A DNA stretch of 56,925 nt, counting the filler, from Squatina squatina (lineage: Eukaryota): NCBI GenBank assembly GCA_031763465.1. It is 3 parts of 3 records of this genome, joined end to end, with 100 filler letters (N's around TTAATTAATTAA, not from the genome) between each part and the next. Parts side by side here need not be neighbours in the genome. Positions count along the whole stretch, not along the records: positions 31,288 to 56,925 come from JARFOE010000234.1; 2 more parts are not named here. One strand, written 5' to 3'. The position numbers and the translations under genes are program-made. Below, in pieces: positions 36,341 through 49,602 of this stretch (its first letter is position 1; every line of letters starts with the position of its first letter). The notes below the pieces were generated by a model, which saw nothing but the letters and a program-made list of their open reading frames with translations, was not told the DNA's origin and made no database searches.

Positions 36341-36560
36341 TAATGAAATGTGTAATGTGATTTGTGAATGACAGATTGTGTGTGTGGGGTGGGGTGGTGT
36401 GGAAAAGAGTCGGTCGATACCCTATCATGCATAAAACTCGATGTCATCTTTAACTCAGGGAGAGATTTCTAGGCAAAAAGGAATTCTCCCCTGCATGCTT
36501 GTAATAAAGATTCTTTTGTGACCGTCTTCCTGAAGTCTGAGTGGTGATTGTCCCACAACA
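36341..36560 (+). mobile_element. Possible 3' half of an LTR
   Basis: CATAAAA TATA-like motif at ~36430, AATAAA at 36503-36508, ends in ...CACAACA at 36560; 5' end lost in the gap. Confidence 0.35.
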
Positions 36561-36853
36561 CTGCCAATGCAAACAATGATAGAAAATGCACATATTCAAA
36601 TAGTTAAAATTTGACTGATCAAAAAGATATGTGAATTCAATTTTTTGTCAATTACATTTTGAACAGGCTTCATTGACTGTACCCTCATAGTATATATTTT
36701 GCACAACTACCTAAAATGTAATAGGAGTCTTCACAGAAGGCAATGCATACATTTTAATGAATGGAAGCACTGCACATGGCAAAAACTGCTTTTTTTTGGT
36801 GTTTATTTAAACATAAATCTGTTTTCTTGTGTTTGATGGATGGGAGGCATTTA

Positions 36854-37075
<222 letters not shown>

Positions 37076-37459
37076 TTAATGCTTCACTGTAAACCTGACA
37101 NNNNNNNNNNNNNNNNNNNNNNNNNNNNNNNNNNNNNNNNNNNNNNNNNNNNNNNNNNNNNNNNNNNNNNNNNNNNNNNNNNNNNNNNNNNNNNNNNNNN
37201 AATGCCAAAGAGCTTGATTTCTTAACTTAAAAATTCATAGTTAAACTAACAAGTTCAATATAATCCCCATTGATACTTTGCTTTTTGTTTTTAATTCTAT
37301 TTAATAAAATTGACGTGTGGAACAATTACCAATTATTGAGATTTTAATATGTTGGCACATTCACCCCATTACATCTGGAATTACAAACACTTGATAAAAA
37401 TAAAAGGTGTCTTCATAAAATTACTTAAGAAGGAATTGTACAATCGGGAGCAGTTGTGC

Positions 37460-37850
37460 AATGGTGATGTTACCGGAGTAGTAATTCAGAGGCCGGGAGA
37501 GAATTTGCATTCAAATCCCACCATGGCAATTTAACAATTTAAATTCAGTTTGAGAGAGAAAACCTGCAAATAAAAAGCTAACATCAATAAAAGTGACAAT
37601 GAAGCTGTCCAACTTTTGTCAAAACCCAACTTGTTCACTGATGCCCTTTCGGGAAGGAAACTTGGACCATATGTGACTCCAAAGTGGCCATTCTTATCTG
37701 CCCTCAGAAGCCACTCAGTTGTATCAAACTGCTGCAGGCAATCTCACACAGACTGCAGCGGTGCAAGAAGGTGGTCCACCACAACTAGGAATGGGCAAAA
37801 AATTCCAGTCTTTCCAGCAATGCCCAACACATCCAAGAAATTAATGAAAA
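37460..37850 (+). mobile_element. tRNA-derived SINE sharing its 3' tail with the second LINE family
   Basis: B-box-like TTCAAATCCC at ~37510; body AATAAAAAGCTA..ATCA..GTGAC.ATGAA (also at 1050-1097); tail GACTGCAGCGG...GGGCAA...CACATCC. Confidence 0.65.
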
Positions 37851-37991
37851 AAGGCAAGGAATGTCCCACGTACTTTATTAAAAAATTGATGAGAGGTAAT
37901 TGGACTGGTCATGTTCTTCAACTGAACTACTGATACTCCATTCCCCAGAATTATATGACAACAAAAAAACCTGAAAATACTGCTAACTTAC

Positions 37992-38084
37992 AGATGAACT
38001 CAAATAATTCTTCGGTGATCTAATCATTCCAGCAATAGAGTGTCGAATGGAGTCAAATTTTGAAACCTTGTCTTTTCCTTTATC
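37992..38084 (-). CDS. FER: FER exon upstream of the SH2 domain (93 bp)
   Basis: TTTCAG acceptor and GTAAGT donor; DKGKDKVSKFDSIRHSIAGMIRSPKNYLSSS matches FER SKFESIRHSIAGIIRSPK. Confidence 0.92.
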
Positions 38085-40244
38085 CTGAAACACAAAACAC
38101 ATAAAACCNNNNNNNNNNNNNNNNNNNNNNNNNNNNNNNNNNNNNNNNNNNNNNNNNNNNNNNNNNNNNNNNNNNNNNNNNNNNNNNNNNNNNNNNNNNN
38201 NNNNNNNNAAAAAAGGAACTCTGCAAACATTCACTTAGCTCACAGATCGTAAAAGACAGTTATCAGTCCCACTATAAATAGAAAAAGTTAGTATTGTGGA
38301 CCCAAATATACACAAATCCTACAATATGCAAAATACTGAGAGTGCAAACACACGATCCGCAATCACAGAAATGAAACAGACTGATATCAAACAAAAAAGG
38401 AAACATTGAAACATGGTAGCAATTTGCATGTGGATATTACTTGAAAATATTTTTGCTATTCTGCATGATTTAAAATAAGATGTATGCTGATCAAATAGTG
38501 TCAATAAGTTTAGACTATGGTCAGGAATTTGATGCAACAGTAATACTGAAGGCCATTCGTTCAACCGCTGTGCACACCTACCCTCCAGCAGTGAATTGAT
38601 GTCAAAATTTAATCGATAACGGATTTGAATGTGCAACAGTGAGGATAGTGGTGAATCGAAAGCAACACGGCGAAGAATTTGGTCCTTTCCACTGATCCAA
38701 GTTCTAAGATTCAGCCGTGTGCAATTGGTCAGGTGTTTTCTGTCAGACTTTCTTGACACGGAAGGATAGATGGTTTTCGACTCGCCAAATGGAGCTGCTC
38801 TCACTCCCAGCCTCTGGTAACAGTTTACAGATTTATAGGCCTTGGGTTTGTCCAGTCCATTTGTTAAAGCTAAATATTTCCCAAGATGAGCTGGGACAGT
38901 TATTGCCCATCTCTGCCACTGTTTTTCCTAAAAACTGCTCAGTGTGAATCACCACAGCCTCACAGACAAGCTGTATTCCAACCCAATTTATTAAAGGCTC
39001 CTGAATACTTAGACTGCCGCTGATAACAAGCTTATTATTCCGCTTTGGGGATTTCTCTTCCACCCAAAACAAAACAATGCAGCAACATTACAATCAAGAT
39101 GTGATCTAGTTACGGATATCAAGTATAAAAAATAAGAAAGGCAAGAAATAAAAAGTTTGATTACCTGGGCAGGTGAGTGATAATTATGGCAACAATCCAG
39201 CGTATGTCGACAAGCCTGATCACAGTAACAGGTTCCATGATCGACCTGCCAGCAAGTGGTGCGATACCCAAGGTCTTTTCCCTGAGAGAAAGTTTCCAGA
39301 TCCACACAACCACCTTCTGCATGAGGGTCAAGCAAAACTCACCCCAAACCAAGNNNNNNNNNNCAAATATGCCACTCATCTCCATTTTAACTGATCCAAA
39401 TCATGAGTGGATATTCCAATCAGATTTTTTTTTTTAAAAACCTTTTTCACACTCCTGCACTTCTCCAAGTTTTCAGCAGTCAAACTCGTTTCATAACTTC
39501 AGCAAAAAGTCGGCAGCAGGACCACGGTCAAATCCATGGTCCCTTCCATTTTCTAATCAAATCAGCCTGTTCCAAACGTATCTGTTTCAGTCTTGTTGAC
39601 TGATGTACATACACATATTAATCAGTGTGCTGCAAGCAGCAAGAGAACTAGCGCAAATGAAGGAAATTTGCCATCGCTACTGTGTTGAAAGGGGATGAAG
39701 CTACTATATTTAGTTTTTACCTGTTTTGTCAAGGGTTTCAAGAGTTGTGCAACTGACCCAGGAAATAATGGCATGGTTTAAAAACAAGCGTAAATTACTA
39801 ATGTCATAATTGACAGGAAATTCTGTGCTGCAATAATGCTGCACACCATATGCGCGCCATTCCGAGTGTGCAAGTTTTCAGGAAATTCCAAGCCACTGTT
39901 CTAACTCAGCTGTCCTCCTGTTTGACAGAAGTGGCAAGAATAAATGCCAACGGACTTCTCCATGTTTTCATACTGGACTAAAATAAATCTGAATTTTTAT
40001 GGGGGTTGCTGGGGAGGGTGCAGATACACATTGTTTTGCCAGTTGCCAGCTGACAATTCTCAATGAGGGCCAATGTTTCACATGAAAGTGCAGCCTTTAG
40101 CCAAGAGGGCAGTTAAATTACTATGTTAAAATGTGTACACTGTTTGAGCATGTGGACCACCAAAGTAGTTCATTGTTCAAAAACTTTTAGATTAATACAG
40201 TCTTTTATAAAAATGACAGATGAATTATCTAGAATATTTCTTAC

Positions 40245-40322
40245 AATGCAAGAATCATTTCCTCCTGCATCTTCTGCAAAGAATCTAGCACCAGAGGAAG
40301 AGCTTTATCATAATACTGTTCC
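40245..40322 (-). CDS. FER: FER F-BAR domain exon, 3' part
   Basis: EQYYDKALPLVLDSLQKMQEEMILA(L) then phase-2 donor GTAAG at 40244; 5' part in the gap. Confidence 0.9.
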
Positions 40323-41012
40323 NNNNNNNNNNNNNNNNNNNNNNNNNNNNNNNNNNNNNNNNNNNNNNNNNNNNNNNNNNNNNNNNNNNNNNNNNNNNNN
40401 NNNNNNNNNNNNNNNNNNNNNNTGTTACACCTATTCTGGGAGTGCTTAATGTTGACAATGGGTGTCAAGTGCTTCTGCTCCAAGAAGCAATATCGTATTA
40501 CACATACATTAGAAGATGCAACATTCTCGTATACTCACACTTGGTAACAGCAGCTGTGACCTTAGATGTACCTTAGAGGTTTTATTCTTTGCTTTGAAGT
40601 GATCAGGCCCTGGAAGAAGTTTCTGTCAGCCCTGGAAAGTAGAAGTCCAGAGATGAAAATTGAACAGATTGCATTTGGTATGATATTGGAAAGTTAATAA
40701 TGATGATTGAATTAATTTTGCTCATCCTGGTCCAATTATCTATCCCCTGTCCTTTAACCCTGCTTCACCAGAAATCTATTGTTCGTGTTGACAGCCTCTT
40801 TGCAATCCCACAGGTGAGTGGGTAGTTTTTTCAAGAAAAGCTTTTATTTTGCAGTTGCTTTATGGAGCTGTGGAAAATTTCAGAGTTGCCTTTCCATCAA
40901 CTGTTTACTTATAACGTCAATTCAAATCAAATACTGACTGAACTCATTAGAAGGNNNNNNNNNNTTTGCGCAAATCTAAAAATAAAGCATTTGTATTCTT
41001 GTTTATTGACAG

Positions 41013-41270
41013 ATCACCGATGATGTACTGAAGCAGATTGCATCAAAGAACCGAAACACAATCCAAATTAATGTTTCTGATTGTCGAAATATCTCTGATA
41101 CAGGAGTGCGTTCCATAGCATCGCAGAGCCCAGGACTGCAGAAATATGTTGCATATCGATGCAAACAGCTCAGTGACATTTCTCTCGTTGCAATTGCTTG
41201 CCATTGCCCTTTCCTGCAGAAAGTACATGTGGGGAACCAGGATAAGCTGACAGATGAATCCTTGCAACAG
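41013..41270 (+). CDS. FBXL17: FBXL17 leucine-rich-repeat exon (258 bp, phase 0-0)
   Basis: ACAG acceptor, GT donor; ITDDVLKQIASKNRNTIQINVSDCR...AYRCKQLSD...HCPFLQKVHVGNQDKLTDESLQQ. Divergent from FER as in human 5q21. Confidence 0.93.
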
Positions 41271-41924
41271 GTTTTCACTTCATTACTTTTTAATATTGTG
41301 TTTCAAGCTTTAATTCTCCAGCTTTTTGCATTTCCTTGAACCAATATTTGCTGTGATCACATTTCAATCATGGTCAGGTATGTTAGAGGTGCAATATTAA
41401 CCAATTGTGCTCGTAACATATTGGTGAATTGATTAGAAATCAAAGGATATTTCATTCGCTTGGGAATGGGTTAGCTTGATTGAATTAAGTTGACAACCTT
41501 TCATTGTTTGTTATTATTACTGGGCCCGAGAAGAGTTACTGGCATGCTGCTCCACGAACTAGAAAACACATGGCGTAAAATCTTGTGGAAGGAAAGAATT
41601 AGTTGAATTTGTCAGCTAATGGGCTGACGTCAATCTGCTCCCAGGTCCTACCAGTGCTTCACTGGAAGGGATGCATATGTGAGTTGAAGTTTAGTTATAT
41701 TTTTCCTCCATCTTTCAGGTAAATTATCTCATATTTGTTTGGTGCGACAGCAATATGGTTTAACTTGGCTCCTTACCGTTTGAGGAATCATGGATTTTGA
41801 CTTGAATCTGGCTGCGAAGGGTTCAGAATGTTTTAATTTATTTTCTGCTGCATCCGCAGTCTCTTTTAAAAATTCTCTTTATTTATCTCGCTACTTCTCA
41901 TGTTTTTTTATGTCGGATATACTG

Positions 41925-42210
41925 CACTGAAACAGGCCATTTGGCCCAACCAGTCCATGCCGGTGTTTATGCTCCACTCGAGCCTCCTCCCGTCTTTCCT
42001 CATCTAAATCTATCAGCATNNNNNNNNNNNNNNNNNNNNNNNNNNNNNNNNNNNNNNNNNNNNNNNNNNNNNNNNNNNNNNNNNNNNNNNNNNNNNNNNN
42101 NNNNNNNNNNNNNNNNNNNTCACAATTTTAAAGACCTCCATTATGTCACCCCTCAGCTTTCTCTTTTCAAGCGAAGAGAGACCCAGCCTGTTCATCCTTT
42201 CCTGATCAGT
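41925..42210 (-). mobile_element. CR1-type 3' fragments on both sides of a gap
   Basis: AACAGGCCATTTGGCCCAAC 3' motif; ERMNRLGLSSLEKRKLRGDIMEVFKI. Confidence 0.75.
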
Positions 42211-42384
42211 GTAAAGAGTCCCTGCCTGTTTATCCAATGAATCACTTGCATCCACTGTTGTCACTTAGACAAGCACAGCAGCCATGTTGGACCTAGACAA
42301 CAACAATTTAGATGGTGCTTTTCTCACGTATAAAAACACATCTCAAGACGTTTATGAGATGACATGAACGAGCAATTAATCTGT

Positions 42385-42490
42385 GGGGTTGCTTGAGGGA
42401 GGAACGTTGGTAAGGACACCGGGGAGAACTCTCAACTCTTGTTCCAATCGTGCCGTCGGATCTTTGACATCCACCTGACCAGATGAGGTT
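42385..42490 (-). mobile_element. Deu-SINE core fragment (AmnSINE1/SacSINE1-like)
   Basis: Minus strand TCAGGTGGATGTCAAAGATCC..CGGCACGATTGGAACAAGAG...GAGTTCTCCCCGGTGTCCT matches the Deu-domain as recalled. Confidence 0.6.
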
Positions 42491-42647
42491 CATTTGAGCC
42501 TCCCTCAAAACTCTGGGGAATTTTTCCTGAAATGAAGGGGCTTGGCTGCAAACTGTTTTGCTCTGGGTCTTCCCCTTCTTTCCCATTTGTTTGTTAGAGG
42601 AAGAAGATGAGGAGGAGGCATGCTGTGAAGCCAGGCCCTTTTATCGT

Positions 42648-42940
42648 TTAAAACACCTCGATCAGACCGCTCCTCAACCTTCTAAACTCAGGAGAATACA
42701 AGCCACATTTATGCAACGAGTCCTCATAATTTAAGATTTTAAGCCTGGGTATCATTCTGGTGAATCTGCGCTGCTTCCCCTCCGAGGACAATATAGCTTT
42801 TCCTGAGGTGTGGTGCCCAGAACTGATCACAGTTACACCAGAGGGGGTCTGACCAAGCCTCTGAACAACTGCAACATCACTTCCTCCCTGTTATATTCCA
42901 GCAACTTGAGATAAAGGTCAACATTCCATTAGCCTTCCCA
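42648..42940 (-). mobile_element. CR1 LINE fragment
   Basis: QRRFTRMIPRLKILNYEDSLHKCGLYSPEFRRLRSGLIEVF; KANGML upstream. Confidence 0.85.
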
Positions 42941-43599
42941 TAGTGATCTGCAACTCAACATGATCTCTGCAGATATAGGTCCAGGATTGAAAGGATAAAA
43001 TCTACAATTGTACTTGAGGGTTTTTTAAACTGCTAGGTATAGTAGGAAAAGTCCACCAGTAACCTGTGCTGAAATGTTTATGATAACACCATAAACTATA
43101 AATTGGGAAGATTTGTTTTGTATTATGTACAGTGATATCATGAACGTTAGATCATAAATGTGTTTATGTACTATCTACGCATAACACAGAGAAAATCTTC
43201 ATTTGAAGTAGGTTTTTTTTTTTGCGTAGCACTATACACGACAATGCCTAAAACTGTTGTATGAAAGGCTTACTTCTTTGATTGATGAATGACAGGCACT
43301 GCTCTGCTTTCAAGAAAATCAATTTGTCATATGACAGTACAAGCTCGAAAGAAATCAATGTCTCTTATGAGTGTGCAGCAAATGTTAGACAGAACTGCTT
43401 TCAGTTTTGTTATTATAGCCTTGACCTTGATTCTACAGCTACTTAGTTGAATGTTTTATAATGCTTCTTTCAGAACTATAATCTATCAATCACTGTGAAT
43501 ATTACATTCCAATTGTCAAATATAGTGTCCATTACAAGGAATTGATCAAAATAGATTTTGATTACAAATGTATACCTTTTAGTTTTATGTCCTTCTGCT

Positions 43600-44075
43600 A
43601 GAAACAGGAGGAGGCCATTCAACCCTTGGAGCCTGTTCCACCTTTCAGTCAGATCATGGCTGATCTGTACCTCTAATCCATTTACCCACCTCTGAACCAT
43701 ATCTTTTGATACCCTGACCTAACAAAAATCTATCAATCTCATCTTGAAGATTTCAATTGATCCAGCATCCACAACTTTTTTGGTGGAGCGAGTTCCGGAT
43801 TTCCACAGTGCCTCCTGATTTGACACCCAAATGGTCTCCCTCTAACTTTAAGATTGTGCTGCCTTTNNNNNNNNNNNNNNNNNNNNNNNNNNNNNNNNNN
43901 NNNNNNNNNNNNNNNNNNNNNNNNNNNNNNNNNNNNNNNNNNNNNNNNNNNNNNNNNNNNNNNNNNGAAGGGGTATGGGACAGAAGCAGGTAAATGGCAT
44001 TGAGGTACAGATAAGCCATTGTCTGATTGAATGGCGGAACTGGCTCGAGGGGCTGAATGGCCTACTCCTGTTCCT
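43600..44075. mobile_element. Two CR1 3' ends in opposite orientation across a gap
   Basis: 43601 GAAACAGGAGGAGGCCATTCAACCCTTGGAGCCTGTTCC (-); 44042 GGCTCGAGGGGCTGAATGGCCTACTCCTGTTCCT (+). Confidence 0.8.
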
Positions 44076-47000
44076 TTTGTAGAAATTTTGAAGGGAGTAA
44101 CTAAATCTTTCAATGTAAAGTATTCCTCCATCCACCTTCCTCTCTGTCAGGAATCATTTGGTTAATGTCGGCTCATCACTTCGCAACTTCACATGAATTC
44201 CTGCAGAACTGCATCATTTTATGTGCAAGATGCCATTTGGGAGCTGTCAAAGCCTTGGAAAACTAGATACCAGCAGAGTACTAACAGTATCCAGTCCCTC
44301 CCCGTGATGGAGGATGATGGGGTCATTGAGTGGGAAATTTTTTCGCAAATATCATCTCTGGGCCACTTTTAGATTCCTCTGACTGACCTGTTCAATAGCA
44401 GTGGTAGGAGTTTAGGAGTAGACCACTGCTCATTTCTTGCCTGCAGTTAATGTGACCCAAGAAGATGAGATGTGGAGGGGAAAAATAGACAGATATCATA
44501 TCCTCAAAATAAATAATGTAACATATTTTGATCACTTTCTGAATGATTTATGCCACATTGTGGGGTGAAATTTTTTTGTCACTATTGCTCATATTTCAAA
44601 TTCTTTTGCTTTTAATCTTAGTATGATTTCTTCGATCTGGAAGTTGCTGTTTATGTTCTTTTGCGTCAATTTTTACTGTTTCTTTATCGTACTTTACTCT
44701 TTCCAATGTTATTTTATGGCTATTTTATTTTTTATGTGTGTACGTAATATTTTAATGGCATAGTTTTGTTTCCTCATCCTTGTGCACCACTTGGTCCTCT
44801 GTGTTCTCAAGCTGGAAGTACAGAGTTCACAGCACTTACAGTTTTACTGTGTCTTGCTGTCAGCTGCAGGAAATATTTGTCAGCAGCTGAGAACAGACGA
44901 GGAAATTCATCAGTGTCTAACTGGGACTTGGATTCACTGTATTTGCAAACCAAACAAGGGAAAACATTAACTTGGATTGGAACACCAATGATGTTCAAAC
45001 AAAACCAGAGCGCACCACTGCTTGCAAATTACCATCCTCAAAGGAGCATTGGCTGGGTATCCCAATACTCTATGAAAGGTTCCAGCAAAAAATAAAGATA
45101 CTATTGTTATTTTTCATGTAGTTAATTTTTTGACGTCCTATTCTGGAATTGGCTAATTCCCCTTTTGAGAGAACGACCAGCTTTGAGCAGTGGAGCAAAG
45201 TCCAGATTTTTAAAAAAAAAAAATTAAACTTTTTTTTTTAAGTTTCCAATGATACAGAGGCAAATACATCATATTAAACTGTAATGTTGCCTTCATAAAA
45301 TAAATGTGCATTTTTTGCATGATTCTCCCAGACAAGCCTGGATAATTGGCATTGTGCCCAACTGTTGTGGTACTCCACATTTTTAGTTCTATTTATTTTT
45401 AAAGTTGAATTATGTTAGAAATATGTTCAACCTTCCAATGCATGTGCAACATAAATATTTCAAATATATAGACCCAACTAATGCAATACTTATCCAAATA
45501 AGGAAATAAAATGGTGGTAATTCAGTTTTTGTGTTTGTTTTAAATTGAAGTCACAATCTTGGTTATTTTCTGTGCGACATCCGATGTCGGTAACTTACAA
45601 GAGCATTAAGTATTTCTTGTTGCGATGGAGGACAATGCATTAGATAAGTTGGGATACTTCTCGTTGATCATTTACTGTTGTGAGTTACTTCATTCAACAA
45701 AAAAAAGGTTAAAAACAACTTGTGTAATGATCACAGAACTGTTTCAAACACTGTTCCAGGAATGTGTAACAGATTAAAGTAGTTGACCCTTGCTTCCCAC
45801 AACACCCATGCTGAATCATCTGACACATTTATCACAGCCTGATTTTTCTGGGTGTGCACTGCTGCTATAAAGCATGTCGAATTTAGCTCAAGACTGAAAA
45901 ACATGTGGTGTGAACACTGAAGTGTTGGATACTTACTGATCAGACTCACACTATAGACAAATCTTTAAATAAGATATAAAAAAAAATGTTTTGCTAAGAA
46001 TTGGGAAACAAAACTAAATTAGGTGGATGGTCCTTCATTGGAAAGCTTATCTATAGATAAAGAGTATTGTCGTTGATCTATTGACCTGAAAAGCTTGCTT
46101 CTGCCCTTTGAATGGTGTCTGCCAGAAGGCTTCCACGTAAACCTTTTGTTGCTAGTTTGCAACAGTTTAGAAAGCTTTGCTGTTGTATCACACGATGTAA
46201 AATGGTCTTTGTCTGTCTGATAGGAATTTTTGAGAAAACTATGCATTGCACTTGCAGAAGAGTAATTGTCTTACTGGAGTTACGATTGGGTTAACAGGAT
46301 TTTAAGAACTGAATGTTGAGAAGAAAAGATCCAAATACAAAGAAGACTTGGCCTTCTAGCCAGTATAATCCTTTTTTTTCTGCTGTATGTGCTCAGGCCT
46401 GACATCCCATAACAAAAGAAATTGAATTGGAAATGATGGGAGCTGAGTGCTGTTCTTTTGGAATCGCATGTCATGGCCCACAGTCCGTGTCGGAGCTCTG
46501 TTTGATGGTCTTTATTCTACCTGACACATGAGGGAAAGGTTTGGAGAAGGGAAGTCATTGCGTAACCTTGGCCAGCGTTAGATCAAAAGTATCCAGTGAT
46601 CAAACAAGGCAAAGGACTGTGGAAGAAGCTTTTCTTTCTGCCCTCAACACCTGGCTGGTCACTGAGGGGAAAAAGGCCTCCGACATTAGATTGTGTTGAT
46701 ATACTTTGATGTACAGTCCATGTCAAGTGGAGCAAGAGTGCAAACTGTGACTGGGTGGTTTCTGAGTTGCTGTAACTCAACAGGAAGTTACATTGAGGGT
46801 TTTGTGATTCAAAGTACTTTGTTCCTCAGACAGTGTTCCTCAGACAGTGTAGTGCTGGAATGTATTAGCTCCTGTGGCTACATTTAAAACCAGTATTAAT
46901 AAATATTATCTATTAATGTTTGAAAAGTCACTATCTGATTTTTCAGCTGAGCATGAGTAAGGTCAGTGATAACTTCCAACTTCAGTTTTTGTTCTCAAAT

Positions 47001-49404
47001 TGTAAAAACTGGGCAAAATTTGCTGTTCATTTATTTAAAATAACTGTATTCCTTATTTTTGGTTGATAGATTTTGTTTTATTGGAATAGAATTCAGTCAT
47101 GCAGTGAAAACCCATAGAGTAGTGTAGCATAGGAGTGAACGTATTGGGTGATAGATGGAGGCACTCAGGAGAAATGTAAAAATTAGTTGATGAAATTGGA
47201 AATGCACATCTTTTGTCGCTGTGGCTCTGGAAGTTGATTTTACAGTTAATAAAAAAAAATGCATGTCAAGTATGACTGCATTTAAGTACACAGGAGGGTA
47301 TATATGGTTAGAATGTAAAATATTGACAGTTGAATTGCTAAGTCAAACTGCCTTAATGCATTATTAATATGTTTGGTACTTTTGTGGATGAATTTGGAGA
47401 AGATACAAAAATTAAAAATGTCCACTTTGGACACTTAACAAGGTTTCTGACTTGCTATTGGCAGGAAAATGAATTCCATTTAATGGAATGCAGAAATGTA
47501 CCTGGAGCTCTGGTCGTGTTGATTTAAAAAGCAGCTCAATGGTTTAATCAAATGTTATCANNNNNNNNNNNNNNNNNNNNNNNNNNNNNNNNNNNNNNNN
47601 NNNNNNNNNNNNNNNNNNNNNNNNNNNNNNNNNNNNNNNNNNNNNNNNNNNNNNNNNNNNCTCAGCTTCCCCAACCTTATTCTTATAGTCATCAGTTTGA
47701 CATTGGGGAAGCTTTATTGATGTTTCTAGTAACGTATTCATATTGCCGAATTGGTAGGTGACACAATAAACGGCCGAGTAAAAAACACATTTCTCTGGCC
47801 TTGCTCTGACTTCTGAAACTCAATCAAGTTTATCGTACATTTTCTAATCTGTAATTTTTCTAATATTTATTTACTGTTTTGAAACCATCTCTAGAATGTG
47901 GTTGGGAAATTATTGCAAACAGGTAGTTAAATCCTAAAATATTTTACATATTTATTCTCGCCCAAAGATAGAGGGTACCAGATGCCATCTCTTGAGATCA
48001 GAATCTATCTTTGATCCTATCTGTTCCTAATTTACATTTGGGATGGGTTTGTTTTTAACACTGGGGAGATTATAATTCCCAATTAATTAATTCCCATTGG
48101 CTTCTGAATGAATGGAAAACCTGACAGAAGATCTTGAGTATAAAATTTGTTCAGTGTTAACATTTTTGATTGCATCCAATTAACCTTTATACTCTGAAAT
48201 GGATGCAAATAAATTGGAGCTTTAAGGATCCCTGCAGCCACTATCTCTGGGATCTTTAAGATCAAAAGAATACCATATACAATTAATGTCTATGATGTTC
48301 TGTGCCAGTCACCATCAATCTCCGGATCTGCCAAATATTTGCTTCAAAATGAGAGATGGAAGGCAACACTGCCTTGTTAGTTTGTGCATGACTGTTAAAT
48401 AATGCAGAATCTATTAAATTCTGCTATATAAATGTCCATTATATTTCTGCTCCTTATTGTTGCTTTGAAAATGCATCACCTCATATTTCTCTGCATTAAG
48501 TTTCATGCAGCATCCAGCTGCCCAATCTACTAATCTGCCTACATCTTCCTGAAGTCACTTATCCTCTTCACAATTAACCAATGCCTATTTTTGTGTTGCA
48601 TATTTTGCCTTCTGCATCATGGTCCAGATCTCAACATTTTTTGTTGAGAATCAGTTGCCTTAACACTGACCCTTGGGAATGTAACTGTTGTCATCCTTGC
48701 ATTCCGGAAAATATCCAATAATCAATACTGTTTTCTGTGTTCAGCTAATCTTCTATTGATGCTACTATATTCCACTTGAATTACAGATTGGTTTCTCACA
48801 ATTAAAGGGAATGTATTTAGAACTACTGTACTTCAAACAAAAAGAGCAAAATTCCTGTTTTAAGCCCCCTTGCCAAGTATTTATCCTTCAGCTACAAGAT
48901 GGGCATTAGTGAGTGCCTCTGAACAACATTGTGCATTTATATAGCACTTTTAACAGCAAAGACCAAGGCCTTCAAGCTCACTCGTCTCTGGGGCCAACTT
49001 GAGGGAGAGAAGCCGACCCAAACCTCTTTAACTATGTACAGGATCACCAAATCTTTTGTATTTTCCCCCATTTTCTATTTTGGGACTTTGCCATTTTTGA
49101 TTATATTACCCAATGAATCAATGGAATGTCCAAAGACCAATCCGAGTGATAGACTGGTAATGTCACAGTTGGACTGAAATGGTTTGATGATGTGTTAAAG
49201 TTTTATCAGCCTGCAATTTCATTAGGGACTGCTATATGGTTGAATGCTCAGTGCATTTGAGCCAGTCTTTAGCAGTTGAACAACATCTTCAACGATCTTT
49301 ACTACTTCTCATTTTATTCTGTTCGAAGGGAATAGCTAGATTATCTGGAGACCAAGATATTTCAGCAGGCTTAATTACAAGTACATGAAGTACCAGTTGA
49401 TGCT

Positions 49405-49602
49405 GATCATCCTTCTTAGGCAGTCCCTCTGGTTCGAGGATGACTTGCTTCCACTCCGGAGTTGTGGGTTCTGAGCTGGCTGAAAAGTCCGATGCGTGAT
49501 TCACAGACACGACCGCAGGTGGTATTTGGTGGGGCGAGAGGATGGGATACTCGTGTTTCCACGCGCTCCTTCCGCAGCCTGCCCTTGGCCTCCACGTGCT
49601 CC
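49405..49602 (-). mobile_element. RTE LINE 3' end, same family as 9200-12600
   Basis: CGAGGATGACTTGCTTCCACTCCGGAGTTGTGGGTTCTGAG is the reverse complement of 12532-12572; C-terminal CGRVCESRIGLFSQLRTH. Confidence 0.9.
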